The notes: a model not told the origin generated them from the letters alone. A DNA stretch of 64,000 bases from an uncultured bacterium (GCA_903892035.1 CAITGV010000001.1:291310-355309), one strand, 5' to 3'. Counted from the stretch's first letter, positions 45,098 through 54,975 are shown. Program-made: numbers and translations.

Positions 45098-45602
45098 GAC
45101 AAAATTTGTCGCGTACGCTGCGACAAGTATTGATGGCAAAATATCAATCGATAATAAAAAAATGCCCGATTGGACAAGTAAAGAAGATTGGGATTTTTTT
45201 CAAAAATCATTGATGAAATTTGATGCTTTTATTGTAGGGCACAATACTTACCTAACTTCAGAGAAATATATAAGTAAACGCAATGCTTTTGTGTTAACCT
45301 CTAAAGTAAAAATGCCAATTGTGGACGGCAGTGTGACTTTTGTTAATCCAAAATATATAAATTTAAAAACTATATTTTCAAAATATAAAAAAGTAGCAAT
45401 AGTTGGTGGAGGGTATGCTTACGAGACTATGCGAAACTTGGATATGCTTGATGAATTATTTTTAACTATTGAACCAATTATTTTTGGGCGAGGTTTGGAA
45501 CTTTTTCATGATGGTAAAAAAAATACAAAAATGAAATTGTTGTCAGTGAAGAAATTAAATATAAAAGGTACAATACTATTGCACTACAAAAATGAAAGTT
45601 AA
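45060..45602 (+). CDS. dihydrofolate reductase-like protein (RibD C-terminal domain family)
   Basis: ...YAATSIDGKIS... and ...FIVGHNTY.. patterns, like the RibD_C/DHFR-like reductase fold. Confidence 0.5.
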   Translation: MVKMKILKTNKHKTKFVAYAATSIDGKISIDNKKMPDWTSKEDWDFFQKSLMKFDAFIVGHNTYLTSEKYISKRNAFVLTSKVKMPIVDGSVTFVNPKYINLKTIFSKYKKVAIVGGGYAYETMRNLDMLDELFLTIEPIIFGRGLELFHDGKKNTKMKLLSVKKLNIKGTILLHYKNES

Positions 45603-46329
45603 AGCTATTAAAACTAAATTGTTTAAGAAGAATGATGATTTATTTTCATTTGTCATTTCTAATATAAAAAAAGTAAAAGAAAACTCGGTTATAGTTATCA
45701 CTTCAAAGATTGTTGCTTTGTCTGAGGGGCGGATTGTGATGCATGATGGTAAAGAGTCGCATGATATTTTTAAAGAAAAAATAATAAAGTCTGAAAGTGA
45801 ATATATGCTTAAAACTACCCATACGTGGCTCACAATAAAAGACGGCATGGTGATGGCAAATGCGGGTATTGATGAATCGAATTCTTTTGGGGGCATTGTG
45901 TTACTACCAAAAGATAGTTTTAAATCTGCAAAAATAATTCGTGAAAAATTAAAAAAATATTATGGTGTAAAAAATTTAGGCATTTTAATTACTGATAGTC
46001 GTCTTTTTCCGCTACGCGCAGGTATTGTGGGTGCAGCAATTGGTTATGCAGGATTTCACGGAGTGCGTGACTATCGTGGAACTCCTGATATCTTTGGCCG
46101 CAATTTAAAACTTTCTCGCACCGATGTTGCTGATAGTTTGGCAACTTCAGCTGTGCTTGAAATGGGAGAGGGTAGAGAACAGCAACCACTCGCAATAATT
46201 ACCGAAGCTTCAATTGTATTTAGTGATAAAATAAATAAAAAAGAACTCCTCATCGACATCCATGATGATCTCTATATGCCACTGTTCAAAAATGCTCACA
46301 AGTTGCCGAAAAAGCACAAGAGGGTATAA
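45592..46329 (+). CDS. CofE-like gamma-glutamyl ligase family protein
   Basis: ...VIVITSKIVALSEGRIV... and ...ANAGIDESN... resemble the F420-0:gamma-glutamyl ligase (CofE) fold. Confidence 0.45.
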   Translation: MKVKAIKTKLFKKNDDLFSFVISNIKKVKENSVIVITSKIVALSEGRIVMHDGKESHDIFKEKIIKSESEYMLKTTHTWLTIKDGMVMANAGIDESNSFGGIVLLPKDSFKSAKIIREKLKKYYGVKNLGILITDSRLFPLRAGIVGAAIGYAGFHGVRDYRGTPDIFGRNLKLSRTDVADSLATSAVLEMGEGREQQPLAIITEASIVFSDKINKKELLIDIHDDLYMPLFKNAHKLPKKHKRV

Positions 46330-46336
46330 TCAAGGT

Positions 46337-46843
46337 ATGAAAGAAGATGCTTCTAGTAAAATAGCTATGGATCGCCCGTCGTGGGATGAGTATTTTATTG
46401 AAATTATGGAAGCTGTGGCAATGCGCGCTACTTGTGATCGCGGACGTTCAGGAGCTGTGATAGTCAAAGATAAACATATACTTGCTACAGGCTATGTGGG
46501 TTCACCGGCAGGCACAAAACACTGTGATGAAGCAGGACACGAGATAGCCACAAACATTGGAGACGATGGACGAGAATCAAAGCATTGTATTCGAACAGCG
46601 CATGCAGAGCAAAATGCTATTGTCCATGCTGCTCGAGTGGGTATCGCACTTTTAGGTGGAACACTTTATTGTAATATGACACCATGTTACGCTTGTGCAA
46701 AAATGATTATTAATGCAGGAATTGTTCGAGTTGTGGCAAAACGAGATTATCATGCAGGGGATCGATCAAAAGAAATTTTTAAGGAAGCAGGAGTAAAGTT
46801 TGAATTATTAAATAAAGAACTTGAGCAATACGACAATCAATAG
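46337..46843 (+). CDS. dCMP deaminase (cytidine/deoxycytidylate deaminase family)
   Basis: ...RATCDRGRSGAVIVKD..ILATGYVGSPAG..HC......C.RTAHAEQNAI... zinc-site motifs (HAE, PC..C). Confidence 0.7.
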   Translation: MKEDASSKIAMDRPSWDEYFIEIMEAVAMRATCDRGRSGAVIVKDKHILATGYVGSPAGTKHCDEAGHEIATNIGDDGRESKHCIRTAHAEQNAIVHAARVGIALLGGTLYCNMTPCYACAKMIINAGIVRVVAKRDYHAGDRSKEIFKEAGVKFELLNKELEQYDNQ

Positions 46844-46847
46844 GTAG

Positions 46848-46875
46848 AATATCTAATATCTAATATCTAATATCT
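46848..46875. repeat. tandem heptamer repeat (AATATCT)x4
   Basis: Four exact tandem copies in the dCMP-deaminase/mazG-like intergenic region. Confidence 0.6.
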
Positions 46876-46893
46876 AATATCTAAAACAAAAAT

Positions 46894-47223
46894 ATGATTG
46901 ATTTAAAAAAAATGCAGGAAGAGGTAATGCGAAATAAGATTGAAAAAGGTTTCAATACTACAGACGTCGCTTTGGAATTTTGTCGCGCTCACGAAGAGCT
47001 TTCTGAGGCATTTTCAAAATACAATAAAAATGAGGAGGGCGTCGCAGAAGAATTTGCTGATGTGGCAATTTTTCTTTTAGGTATGTGTGAAATACTTGGA
47101 TACGATCTTGAAAAAGAATTGATATTAAAGATTGAGAAAAACAAAAATCGTCAATACAAGAAAATTAAATCTCCAGATGGAAAAGATATTTTCATTCGAG
47201 CAAAAACAGATATAGATCCATAA
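46894..47223 (+). CDS. MazG-like nucleotide pyrophosphohydrolase (single-domain)
   Basis: ...AHEELSEAFSKY...EEFADVAIFLLGMCEILGYDLE... MazG EExxE/D motifs. Confidence 0.6.
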   Translation: MIDLKKMQEEVMRNKIEKGFNTTDVALEFCRAHEELSEAFSKYNKNEEGVAEEFADVAIFLLGMCEILGYDLEKELILKIEKNKNRQYKKIKSPDGKDIFIRAKTDIDP

Positions 47224-47285
47224 GCTTGTGTTTCTCTACCAATAACATACAATTAGGTTACTATTACTAGTTTATTGTTATTATT

Positions 47286-48965
47286 ATGAAAAAAATTACA
47301 GCATTTTTTGTTTTTGTTTCCATTTTTTTAATGGGGGCAGTATTTGTTTCTAAAGCAGAAGCAAATACTCTTTCGCCTTATACTTTTACCCTAAATATGA
47401 AAAAGGGAATTCGCAATATTGAAGTAGCGAAATTGCAAGAGGTTTTAAATCAAGAAGGCGACACACAAGTTGCGACAAGTGGACTTGGCTCTCCTGCAAA
47501 TGAGAGTACATATTATGGTTCTTTGACAGTGAATGCCGTGTCACGTTTTCAGGAGAAATACGCTTCAGAAATTTTGACCCCAGCAGGACTTACAAAACCA
47601 ACAGGTAAGATTGGATACTATACAAGACTAAAATTAAATGCACTTCGAGCGCAATATGCACTTGGTAATGTTTTGCCACCTGGTCCCATCTTTGCAACTT
47701 CAACACCTACGGCCGTAGGTTCAAGTTACGCGACGTTGAATGCTACTATCGATTCAAAAGGTCAAGTATTTAGTGGTTTCTTTAAATACAGTACTGACAC
47801 TTCATTTTCTTCATCAACTACTCCTGTAGCATTTCTTTCAAACGCAACATCTTTTAGCGCATATGCTTCAATATTCTCTCCATCTACTACATACAATGTA
47901 AAAGCTTGTATTGTGAATAACCACGTTTCAGGGGCAAATTATACAGACAATGTTTTACCACCAATTTGTGATTCTGGTTATAAAACATTTACTACAACTG
48001 CTTACTATGGAGGGGGTGGTGGAGGAGGCGGAGGACCAATTATTACTCCTACGGTTACTACAAGTATTCCATCTTCCATAATGGCAACTGTCGTAATGTT
48101 TTCTATGTCTTATGTGACGAATGGTTTGAATGTTACACCATTTTTTGAGTATGGCACTTCAACAAATACAAATCAGAGTACGATTTTAGGAAATTCTTCA
48201 ACAACAAATGGTTCTTATAATTTAGCGGTTACAGGACTTTCTCCTAGTACATTGTATTATGTAAAATCTTGTGTAAATTATTCAAATACAACATTGTGTG
48301 ATTCAAATGTTCAGAGTTTTACAACTCTTGGTATTCCAACACTTTCGCTTACTACGACTTCTGCATCAAATGTATTTGCTACTACTGCAACCTTAAATGC
48401 TACATATGTTGCGACTATCAGTACTCCGACAATTCAATTCCAATATGGAACTACTACAAATTATGGAACAACAACCACTGCTACCTTATTTGAAAATGTG
48501 AATGCTGCACTAAATATTTCAGGGCTTCTTCCAAATACTTTGTATTATTACCGCGCAATTGGAACAAATGGAAACGCTTCTGCAACGGGAACACAGATGA
48601 CATTTACAACAGCTCCACAGGTTACACTTTCAGCATATTCAGTTACAAATGTACTACAAAATGGTGCCACAATATCAGTAAACTTTACCGGAGTACCAGT
48701 AGACCAAAGTGGCATGTCTTCTACATTATTTAAACTTCAGTATGGCACTACTCAAAACTACGGTTCTACGGCCACACAAGCTCCTCTAAGTGGAGACTAT
48801 CGATGGCTCGCGTCATCTGGAACATGGTCAAAAACTATTTCAGGTCTTTCTATGGGTACAACTTATCACTTTAGAGTTGTCACACTTCACCAGCCTGGAA
48901 ATACAAATGAAATAGATGGTCCAGATGGAACATTTACGACACTGCCACCGATGAATAATGGTTAG
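47286..48965 (+). CDS. secreted cell-surface protein with a peptidoglycan-binding-like N-terminal domain, a poly-Gly linker and repeated Fn3-like domains
   Basis: Signal peptide, a PG_binding_1-like segment, a GGGGGGGG linker and at least three ~90-aa Ser/Thr-rich repeats ending in ...LYYVKSC/...LYYYRAIG. Confidence 0.5.
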   Translation: MKKITAFFVFVSIFLMGAVFVSKAEANTLSPYTFTLNMKKGIRNIEVAKLQEVLNQEGDTQVATSGLGSPANESTYYGSLTVNAVSRFQEKYASEILTPAGLTKPTGKIGYYTRLKLNALRAQYALGNVLPPGPIFATSTPTAVGSSYATLNATIDSKGQVFSGFFKYSTDTSFSSSTTPVAFLSNATSFSAYASIFSPSTTYNVKACIVNNHVSGANYTDNVLPPICDSGYKTFTTTAYYGGGGGGGGGPIITPTVTTSIPSSIMATVVMFSMSYVTNGLNVTPFFEYGTSTNTNQSTILGNSSTTNGSYNLAVTGLSPSTLYYVKSCVNYSNTTLCDSNVQSFTTLGIPTLSLTTTSASNVFATTATLNATYVATISTPTIQFQYGTTTNYGTTTTATLFENVNAALNISGLLPNTLYYYRAIGTNGNASATGTQMTFTTAPQVTLSAYSVTNVLQNGATISVNFTGVPVDQSGMSSTLFKLQYGTTQNYGSTATQAPLSGDYRWLASSGTWSKTISGLSMGTTYHFRVVTLHQPGNTNEIDGPDGTFTTLPPMNNG

Positions 48966-48977
48966 AATTTAAAACAT

Positions 48978-49008
48978 AAAAAAACTCTCCATTAGGAGAG
49001 TTTTTTTA
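48978..49008. terminator. bidirectional stem-loop terminator whose loop contains the folA stop codon
   Basis: aaaactctcc-atta-ggagagttttttt. Confidence 0.65.
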
Positions 49009-49501
49009 TGTAGGTTACAAATGTGTAGGGCAGGGGATTTTTTTCATCTGGCTCGTGTGACTCTATTGAATCCTCTTTCCAAATATTTTCATTTATTTCT
49101 GGGAAAAAAGTATCTGCGTAAAAATTTCCATCAACTTTTGTAATATAAAGTTTGTCAGCTTTTTCTATCGCTTGTTTATAAATCTCTGCACCACCAATGA
49201 CAAAAAATTCTTCTTCTGGTTCACCCTGAGCGAGTGGAGCGAGTCGAAGGGCTTCATCAATTGAATGAACTACATCTACGCCATGGCGTAGATAGTTTTC
49301 GTCTCGAGTAATAACAATATTTCTTCGATTTGGCAGTGGGCCATTTGGTAAAGATTCAAAAGTCTTCCTTCCCATTATCACCGCATGTCCGCGAGTAGTA
49401 TCGCGAAAGTGTTTCATATCTGCCGGCATTTCCCACAGGAGTTTGTTGTCCTTGCCAAGCTCTCTATTTTTTCCAATTGCTGCGATTATAGATAAGATCA
49501 T
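48992..49501 (-). CDS. folA: dihydrofolate reductase
   Basis: MILSIIAAIGKNRELGKDNKLLWEMPADMKHFRDTTRGHAVIMGRKTFESL is the classic FolA N-terminus. Confidence 0.8.
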   Translation of the reverse strand: MILSIIAAIGKNRELGKDNKLLWEMPADMKHFRDTTRGHAVIMGRKTFESLPNGPLPNRRNIVITRDENYLRHGVDVVHSIDEALRLAPLAQGEPEEEFFVIGGAEIYKQAIEKADKLYITKVDGNFYADTFFPEINENIWKEDSIESHEPDEKNPLPYTFVTYIKKLS

Positions 49502-49502
49502 A

Positions 49503-49910
49503 TTAGTTTTTACTGATATTGTTAACAGATTCCATTTCTTTCTTTGCTTCAGTAATTTCGTTTTCTAATTTAGTAATTTTATTTTTATTATCAGTAGCTA
49601 CTTTTTTTGTAGTATCTATTTCTTCTATAATTTTTGAAATAGTTATATTTATTTCTGTCATTTCCTGGTTTATGTCAATGTCTTTTTGGTTACTTTCTTC
49701 TCTGATACTTAAATTATTTTCTAAATCTAAAAGTTTAGCCAATTCTATACTCCGTTTATTTTCCAGAGTTGCTAAATTTTCTTCTAGATAAGAAACATAT
49801 TTTTCTATTTTTGCTATTTCAATTTCTTTTACTTTTATAACTTCTTCAAAACCAAGATGGAACTTATCTTCTGGTCGAGGAGCATTATTAGCTTCTAATG
49901 GACTTTTCAT
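49503..49910 (-). CDS. coiled-coil hypothetical protein
   Basis: 135 aa, Glu/Lys/Ile-rich heptads, embedded in the thyA-folA gene string. Confidence 0.35.
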   Translation of the reverse strand: MKSPLEANNAPRPEDKFHLGFEEVIKVKEIEIAKIEKYVSYLEENLATLENKRSIELAKLLDLENNLSIREESNQKDIDINQEMTEINITISKIIEEIDTTKKVATDNKNKITKLENEITEAKKEMESVNNISKN

Positions 49911-49914
49911 ATAT

Positions 49915-50685
49915 CTAAAGACTAAGCTTTTCGGGTGTTTTAGTCAATATTTCTATCCCATTCTTTTTGACGAGAACCATATCTTCCAGTCGGACACCGC
50001 CAAAACCTTTTTTGTAGATTCCGGGTTCGACGGTCATGACGGTGTTTGGGGGGACGAGGTCGGTGGAGCGGGGAGAGAATGAAGGCCATTCGTGGATGAC
50101 GGTGCCGACGCCGTGGCCTAGGGAGTGAGCAAAGGCTTTTTTGCCATATGCGCGTTCTATGATTTTACGGGCAATGGAGTCGATGACCCAAGTTCGGCGT
50201 TCGCCTTTTCGGAGCGCTTCTATTGAGGCATCTTTTGCTTTTTTCACTGTATTCCACATTTTTTCTTGTGCTTTACTTGCATTTCCCGCCTGCGCAGGCA
50301 GGCAAAATACAAAAGTCCTCGTCATATCCGAGCAGTAGCCTTTGTATCCAGCACCGATGTCTATCATAACCATATCGCCATCTTTAAGTTTTGTATTACC
50401 GACGTCATGGTGGATATGCGCTGTGTTTTTACCAAATGCGACAATAGGGGAGAATGCGAGTTCTGTCGCGCCGTTTTCTTTCATTACGGCGACGATGATG
50501 TTTGCAATCATTTGCTCGGTCATGCCGACTTTCATAGCTTTAGTCGCCACATCATATGCAATTTCTGTAATCCTCTGCGCGCGTTTTATGAGCGCCAATT
50601 CCTTTGCAGTCTTTGGAGCTTTCTTTTCTTGGAGGATTTGAAGTTTATATTGCGATTTGGAATGGGATTCTTTCATAGCTTTCAT
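49915..50685 (-). CDS. M24-family metallopeptidase, catalytic domain only (Xaa-Pro/methionine aminopeptidase-like)
   Basis: ...DIGAGYKGYCSDMTRTF... and HSLGHGVGTVIHEWP metal-ligand motifs. It is GC-richer than its surroundings. Confidence 0.6.
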   Translation of the reverse strand: MKAMKESHSKSQYKLQILQEKKAPKTAKELALIKRAQRITEIAYDVATKAMKVGMTEQMIANIIVAVMKENGATELAFSPIVAFGKNTAHIHHDVGNTKLKDGDMVMIDIGAGYKGYCSDMTRTFVFCLPAQAGNASKAQEKMWNTVKKAKDASIEALRKGERRTWVIDSIARKIIERAYGKKAFAHSLGHGVGTVIHEWPSFSPRSTDLVPPNTVMTVEPGIYKKGFGGVRLEDMVLVKKNGIEILTKTPEKLSL

Positions 50686-51517
50686 AACCGTTTACTTTTG
50701 TATCTTCAGATTTCCATTCAAAAACAGATTTCCAATTTTCTGTCTCTATTGTTGGCAGTTTATACTTGCTTGGGTCGCGTGAAAGCTGTTCCTTTGCGCC
50801 TTCGATATGATTTTCAAAAATATGAACGTCAGCAAGAAAACCAACAAGTCTCCCTTCTTTAAGTCCGGCTTCTTTGGCGAGTAGATGTAAAAGCAACGCA
50901 TAGCTTGCGATGTTGAAGGGAAGTCCGAGCATTGTGTCTACAGAACGCTGATTCCACATAAGGTTCAGCTTGCCATTTATGACTGTCACTTGGTAGGAAT
51001 AGTGGCATGGGGGAAGTCCCATTTCTTCGAGTTGAGCTGGATTCCAAGCATTCACTATCATTCGTCGATCACGAGGATTTGTTTTTAGAATATTTACAAG
51101 TCTTTGGAGTTGGTCTACTCCTTGTCCGGAGTAGTCGGTGTCGTAGCTCACATACGGAGCATTGAAGTGTCGCCACTGGAAACCATAAATAGGTCCAAGG
51201 TCTCGTTCCTCGAGCATTCTTTTTTTAGACTCTTCATCGTGACCGTACGGCGCCTTTTTCGGGCTCGCCCACTCGTCCCATATATGATTATTCCTATCAA
51301 GTAGCCACTTTTTGTCTGTGATGCCGTTTATGAAAAATTCCAATTCGGTAGATATCAAACGGAAGGGCATTTTCTTTGTCGTGAGGAGAGGGAAGCCGTT
51401 TGCCATGTCGTGTTCGAAATATGCGCCTGCAATAGTATAGGCTTTCGGCCCTTGGCGAGTCTCGACAAGTTCGCCGTTTTCCATCACTTTTTTTACTATA
51501 TCTAGGTAGGCTTTCAT
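50645..51517 (-). CDS. thyA: thymidylate synthase
   Basis: MKAYLDIVKKVMENGE...TRQG... and ...PPCH..YQ... ThyA motifs. Its 3' end overlaps the M24 gene by 41 nt. Confidence 0.85.
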   Translation of the reverse strand: MKAYLDIVKKVMENGELVETRQGPKAYTIAGAYFEHDMANGFPLLTTKKMPFRLISTELEFFINGITDKKWLLDRNNHIWDEWASPKKAPYGHDEESKKRMLEERDLGPIYGFQWRHFNAPYVSYDTDYSGQGVDQLQRLVNILKTNPRDRRMIVNAWNPAQLEEMGLPPCHYSYQVTVINGKLNLMWNQRSVDTMLGLPFNIASYALLLHLLAKEAGLKEGRLVGFLADVHIFENHIEGAKEQLSRDPSKYKLPTIETENWKSVFEWKSEDTKVNGYESYERIPFQIAI

Positions 51518-51558
51518 GTCGTTTTATTATAGTATCTTTACCCGCTTTAGCCAAACAT

Positions 51559-51587
51559 TTGACAAAAAATTGCAGAAATGTTAGTAT
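51559..51587 (+). promoter_or_regulatory. putative promoter for the DEAD-box helicase (TTGACA-17-TAGTAT)
   Basis: Hexamers and spacing read from the sequence. A ~95-nt leader precedes the ATG. Confidence 0.3.
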
Positions 51588-51682
51588 ATGGGTACATCGT
51601 TCTCAACTATTATTTAACGAGGATGACGTTTGTGGAAGTTAGCTTGTTTTGTCACTGCTAAAGTCCATGACAAAAAAGCTAT

Positions 51683-52987
51683 ATGCACACACGTACATCG
51701 GCCGGCCCGAAGAAATTCAGCCGTCCAAAATTTGCAGGTTCTGCAAAGCCCCGCTTCGGCGGAGCAAGACCACCCGCAGGTGGTGGAAGACCATCTCACT
51801 CAGGTGGAAAGCCATCATTTTCTGGTGGATTTAAAGGAAGAAGTGGAGGGGGCAATCGCGGAGGTCGCGGTCGTTTCAACTCTGAACGCATCGATTTTTC
51901 TCGTTTTATAAAAAAAGCAGAAAAAGTCGAAGCAAAGCCATATGTTTCTACACATAAGTTTCTTGATTTTCCTTTTGCTGATTTACTCAGTAAAAATATT
52001 ATCAGAAAAGGCTACATTACTCCAACACCAATTCAGGATCAATCTATTCCTGTAGTCATGGAAGGCAAAGATCTTTTTGGTCTTGCCAACACTGGTACTG
52101 GAAAAACAGCGGCATTTCTTTTGCCACTTATAAATCGTGTCGTAAATAAAAAAGACGAACACGTGATAATTCTCGCACCTACTCGCGAGCTTGCTCTTCA
52201 GATAGAACAAGAATATCGCGAATTTGCTGTCGGACTTGGAATTTTTTCTGTTGCTCTTGTGGGTGGAATGCCTATCAATAAACAAATAAACGAACTAAAA
52301 AGGGGAGTTTCATTTGTGATAGGAACTCCAGGACGTATTCGTGATTTGATTGAACGCAAAGTTCTTCATTTGAGTGAATGCCGTACTGCGGTACTCGACG
52401 AAGCAGACAGAATGCTAGACATGGGATTCCGCGACGATATGGTTTACATTTTAGGAAAGCTTGCAAAAGAAAGACAAACTCTTTTCTTTTCAGCAACACT
52501 TTCTCCTGAAATTAAAAAAATGACAGAAGAATTTTTGAAAAATCCTGTAATGATTTCTGTCGTCACAAATGAGACTTCAAAAAATATCGATCAAGACATC
52601 ATCCGCATCAAAGGACGCGATGAAAAAATCGAACAACTTCACCAAGTTCTTAAAAAAGACGGTTCTGATAAAGTTCTAATTTTTCGAGAAACAAAAAGAA
52701 GTGTTGATACTTTAGAAAAAGAACTTCTTGAAAGAGGTTTCAAAGTCGGAGGTATTCACGGCGACAAACGCAATCGTGAAAGAATTCGCACTCTTGATAA
52801 TTTCAAACAAGACCGTATCAATATCTTGATTGCGACAGACGTCGCAGCAAGGGGACTTGATATTCCAGATGTGACGCACGTCATAAACTACGACTTGCCA
52901 AGCACTTACGATACCTACGTCCATCGCATCGGCCGAACAGGTCGCGCCGACAAAAAAGGCACAGCACTGACGTTTGTACCGTTTTAA
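51683..52987 (+). CDS. DEAD-box ATP-dependent RNA helicase with an N-terminal Gly/Arg-rich low-complexity extension
   Basis: Q-motif (TPIQ), Walker A (ANTGTGKT), DEAD, SAT and HRIGRTGR motifs. The first ~70 aa are RGG/GG repeats encoded by a GC-rich stretch. Confidence 0.8.
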   Translation: MHTRTSAGPKKFSRPKFAGSAKPRFGGARPPAGGGRPSHSGGKPSFSGGFKGRSGGGNRGGRGRFNSERIDFSRFIKKAEKVEAKPYVSTHKFLDFPFADLLSKNIIRKGYITPTPIQDQSIPVVMEGKDLFGLANTGTGKTAAFLLPLINRVVNKKDEHVIILAPTRELALQIEQEYREFAVGLGIFSVALVGGMPINKQINELKRGVSFVIGTPGRIRDLIERKVLHLSECRTAVLDEADRMLDMGFRDDMVYILGKLAKERQTLFFSATLSPEIKKMTEEFLKNPVMISVVTNETSKNIDQDIIRIKGRDEKIEQLHQVLKKDGSDKVLIFRETKRSVDTLEKELLERGFKVGGIHGDKRNRERIRTLDNFKQDRINILIATDVAARGLDIPDVTHVINYDLPSTYDTYVHRIGRTGRADKKGTALTFVPF

Positions 52988-53013
52988 ACATTAAAATATA
53001 ACAAACTAAAAAC

Positions 53014-53043
53014 TGCTCCGACCTAGGTTGGAGTGGTTTTTAG
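53014..53043 (+). terminator. rho-independent terminator
   Basis: ctccgacc-ta-ggttggag followed by a T-run. Confidence 0.55.
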
Positions 53044-53098
53044 TTTGTGTAATGGCGTGCTAAAATGGGGTCATTAATAGATTTATTTATATTTAGAA

Positions 53099-54376
53099 AT
53101 GAACACCATAAGCAAAGTGGAAGGAATACAGCATCGAGACCAAGAAGTTTTTGAAGCAATAGCAGGGGAGGCGAAAAGGCAATCAGAGGGCTTGGAATTA
53201 ATTCCCTCAGAAAACTATGTATCAGCCGAAGTTCTCGAGGCCAATGGTTCAATTCTTACAAATAAATATTCTGAAGGGTATCCGGGCCGTCGATACTATG
53301 GTGGACAAGAATATACCGATGTCGTAGAGCGCCTTGCAATCTCTCGCGCTTGTGAGCTTTTTGATTGTAAATTTGCAAATGTTCAACCTCACTCAGGTGC
53401 TCCGGCAAACCTCGCTGTATATGCTGCACTTCTCGAACCTGGCGATACCGTGCTCGGTATGGATCTTTCGCATGGCGGACATTTGACGCACGGTCACCCG
53501 ATGACATTGCCTGCAAAGATTTATAAATTTGTGACTTACAAAATGAAAGACCCAGAAACGGGGGAGATAGATTATGAAGGTCTTCGTGCGATGGCTCTCG
53601 AACATAAACCTAAAATTATTCTTGCAGGTTTTTCTGCTTATCCTCGAACTCTTGATTATAAAAAGTTTGTGGGAATTGCACACGAGGTCGGCGCAATCAC
53701 AATGGCCGACATGGCGCACATTGCCGGGCTCATCGCAGGTAAAGCGCTTGAAAATCCTTTTAAATATGGCTTCGATATTATTACAACGACTACACACAAG
53801 ACTCTTCGCGGTCCTCGTGGGGGAATGATTCTCACTCGTGAAAATGAAGAGATTGCGAAAAAAATTGATAAAGCAATTTTCCCCGGAATTCAAGGCGGTC
53901 CACATATGCACACTATCGCTGCGAAAGCTGTAGCTTTTGGTGAAGCAAAGACGCAAGCGTTTGCAGAATATGCAAAACAAATTTTGAAAAATGCGAAAGC
54001 AATGGAAGAAGTTTTCAAAAAAAATAATATACGAATGATCGGCGGCGGCACAGACAATCATTTGATCCTTGCCGACGTTTTCGGTTCACTTGGCGTCACA
54101 GGTAAAGAAGCGCAGACTGTTCTCGACGAGGTGGGCATTACTTTAAATATGAATTCAATTGCGGGCGACACTCGCAAACCCCTCGATCCTTCTGGCATTC
54201 GCTTTGGTACTCCTGCCATCACTACTCGCGGTTTCAAAGAAGCCGACTGCGCCCTCGTAGCGGAACTCCTCATCGAAACTCTCAAAAACAAAGACAATGT
54301 CGAAAAGAAAAAAGAAATCCACGACAAAATTATCGCTCTTGCGAATAAGTTTCCGATACCAAGTAGCTTTGTCTAG
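53099..54376 (+). CDS. glyA: serine hydroxymethyltransferase
   Basis: ...SENYVSAEVLEANGS.LTNKYSEGYPGRRYYGG... and the PLP-site TTTTHKTLRGPRGG. Confidence 0.9.
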   Translation: MNTISKVEGIQHRDQEVFEAIAGEAKRQSEGLELIPSENYVSAEVLEANGSILTNKYSEGYPGRRYYGGQEYTDVVERLAISRACELFDCKFANVQPHSGAPANLAVYAALLEPGDTVLGMDLSHGGHLTHGHPMTLPAKIYKFVTYKMKDPETGEIDYEGLRAMALEHKPKIILAGFSAYPRTLDYKKFVGIAHEVGAITMADMAHIAGLIAGKALENPFKYGFDIITTTTHKTLRGPRGGMILTRENEEIAKKIDKAIFPGIQGGPHMHTIAAKAVAFGEAKTQAFAEYAKQILKNAKAMEEVFKKNNIRMIGGGTDNHLILADVFGSLGVTGKEAQTVLDEVGITLNMNSIAGDTRKPLDPSGIRFGTPAITTRGFKEADCALVAELLIETLKNKDNVEKKKEIHDKIIALANKFPIPSSFV

Positions 54377-54378
54377 TT

Positions 54379-54975
54379 ATGATTGAAGTAGAAAAAAAGT
54401 TCCAGCCGACAGAAGAACAAACTCGTAAACTTACTGAGGGAGCTTTATTGATATCGAAAAAAAATGTAATTGATATTTACTATGATACAGCGAAGTTTGA
54501 TTTTGCAAAAAAATCTATGTGGCTCCGAAATCGTGATGGTATCTGGGAGCTCAAAGCCTATTCTAGTTATGGAGGAACTGGTAAATCTGAAGTTGCTGAT
54601 GAGATTTTAGATGAAATAGAAATTATAAAGAAGTTGGGATACTCTACTAATTTTATTTCAGTAAATCAACTAGCTGAAAAGCTTATTATCCTTGGAAAAA
54701 TAAATACCGAAAGAAAAAAATATTCTCGAGAAGGTTTTGTAATTGATTTTGACATAACAGATTTCGGACTAAACAAAACAGACATCGAGCTTCTTGTTGA
54801 TGATGAATCTAAGATTGAAGAAGCAAATCAAAAAATTATATCTTTTGCTAAACAATTTGATTTAATTGAAGTTGATATTCCCACTAAGCCTGCGGAATAT
54901 TTACGTCGAATGAGACCAGAAAGCTATAACGAAATTTTAGGAAATAATAATGAAATGAAAAACAGAATGAAATGA
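54379..54975 (+). CDS. CYTH-domain (triphosphate tunnel metalloenzyme)-like protein
   Basis: N-terminal MIEVEKKF matches the EIERKF/EVEKKF start of CYTH proteins. Weak. Confidence 0.35.
   Translation: MIEVEKKFQPTEEQTRKLTEGALLISKKNVIDIYYDTAKFDFAKKSMWLRNRDGIWELKAYSSYGGTGKSEVADEILDEIEIIKKLGYSTNFISVNQLAEKLIILGKINTERKKYSREGFVIDFDITDFGLNKTDIELLVDDESKIEEANQKIISFAKQFDLIEVDIPTKPAEYLRRMRPESYNEILGNNNEMKNRMK

Noticed and set aside
47995-48030. The G-rich run ggagggggtggtggaggaggcggagga, a possible low-complexity repeat or G-quadruplex element.
   Set aside because: It is in-frame Gly codons forming a poly-Gly linker (GGGGGGGG) in the surface protein, not a non-coding repeat.
51297-51911. Several 60-93-aa ORFs on both strands (51297-51554, 51614-51799, 51630-51911, 51649-51834).
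   Set aside because: They overlap the thyA 5' end, the helicase leader and the GC-rich Gly/Arg-coding stretch. The frame with the DEAD-box motifs downstream is the real one.
53393-54061. 222-aa minus-strand ORF.
   Set aside because: It lies entirely antisense inside glyA and is Cys/Phe/Arg-rich. It is an artefact of the GC-richer coding strand.
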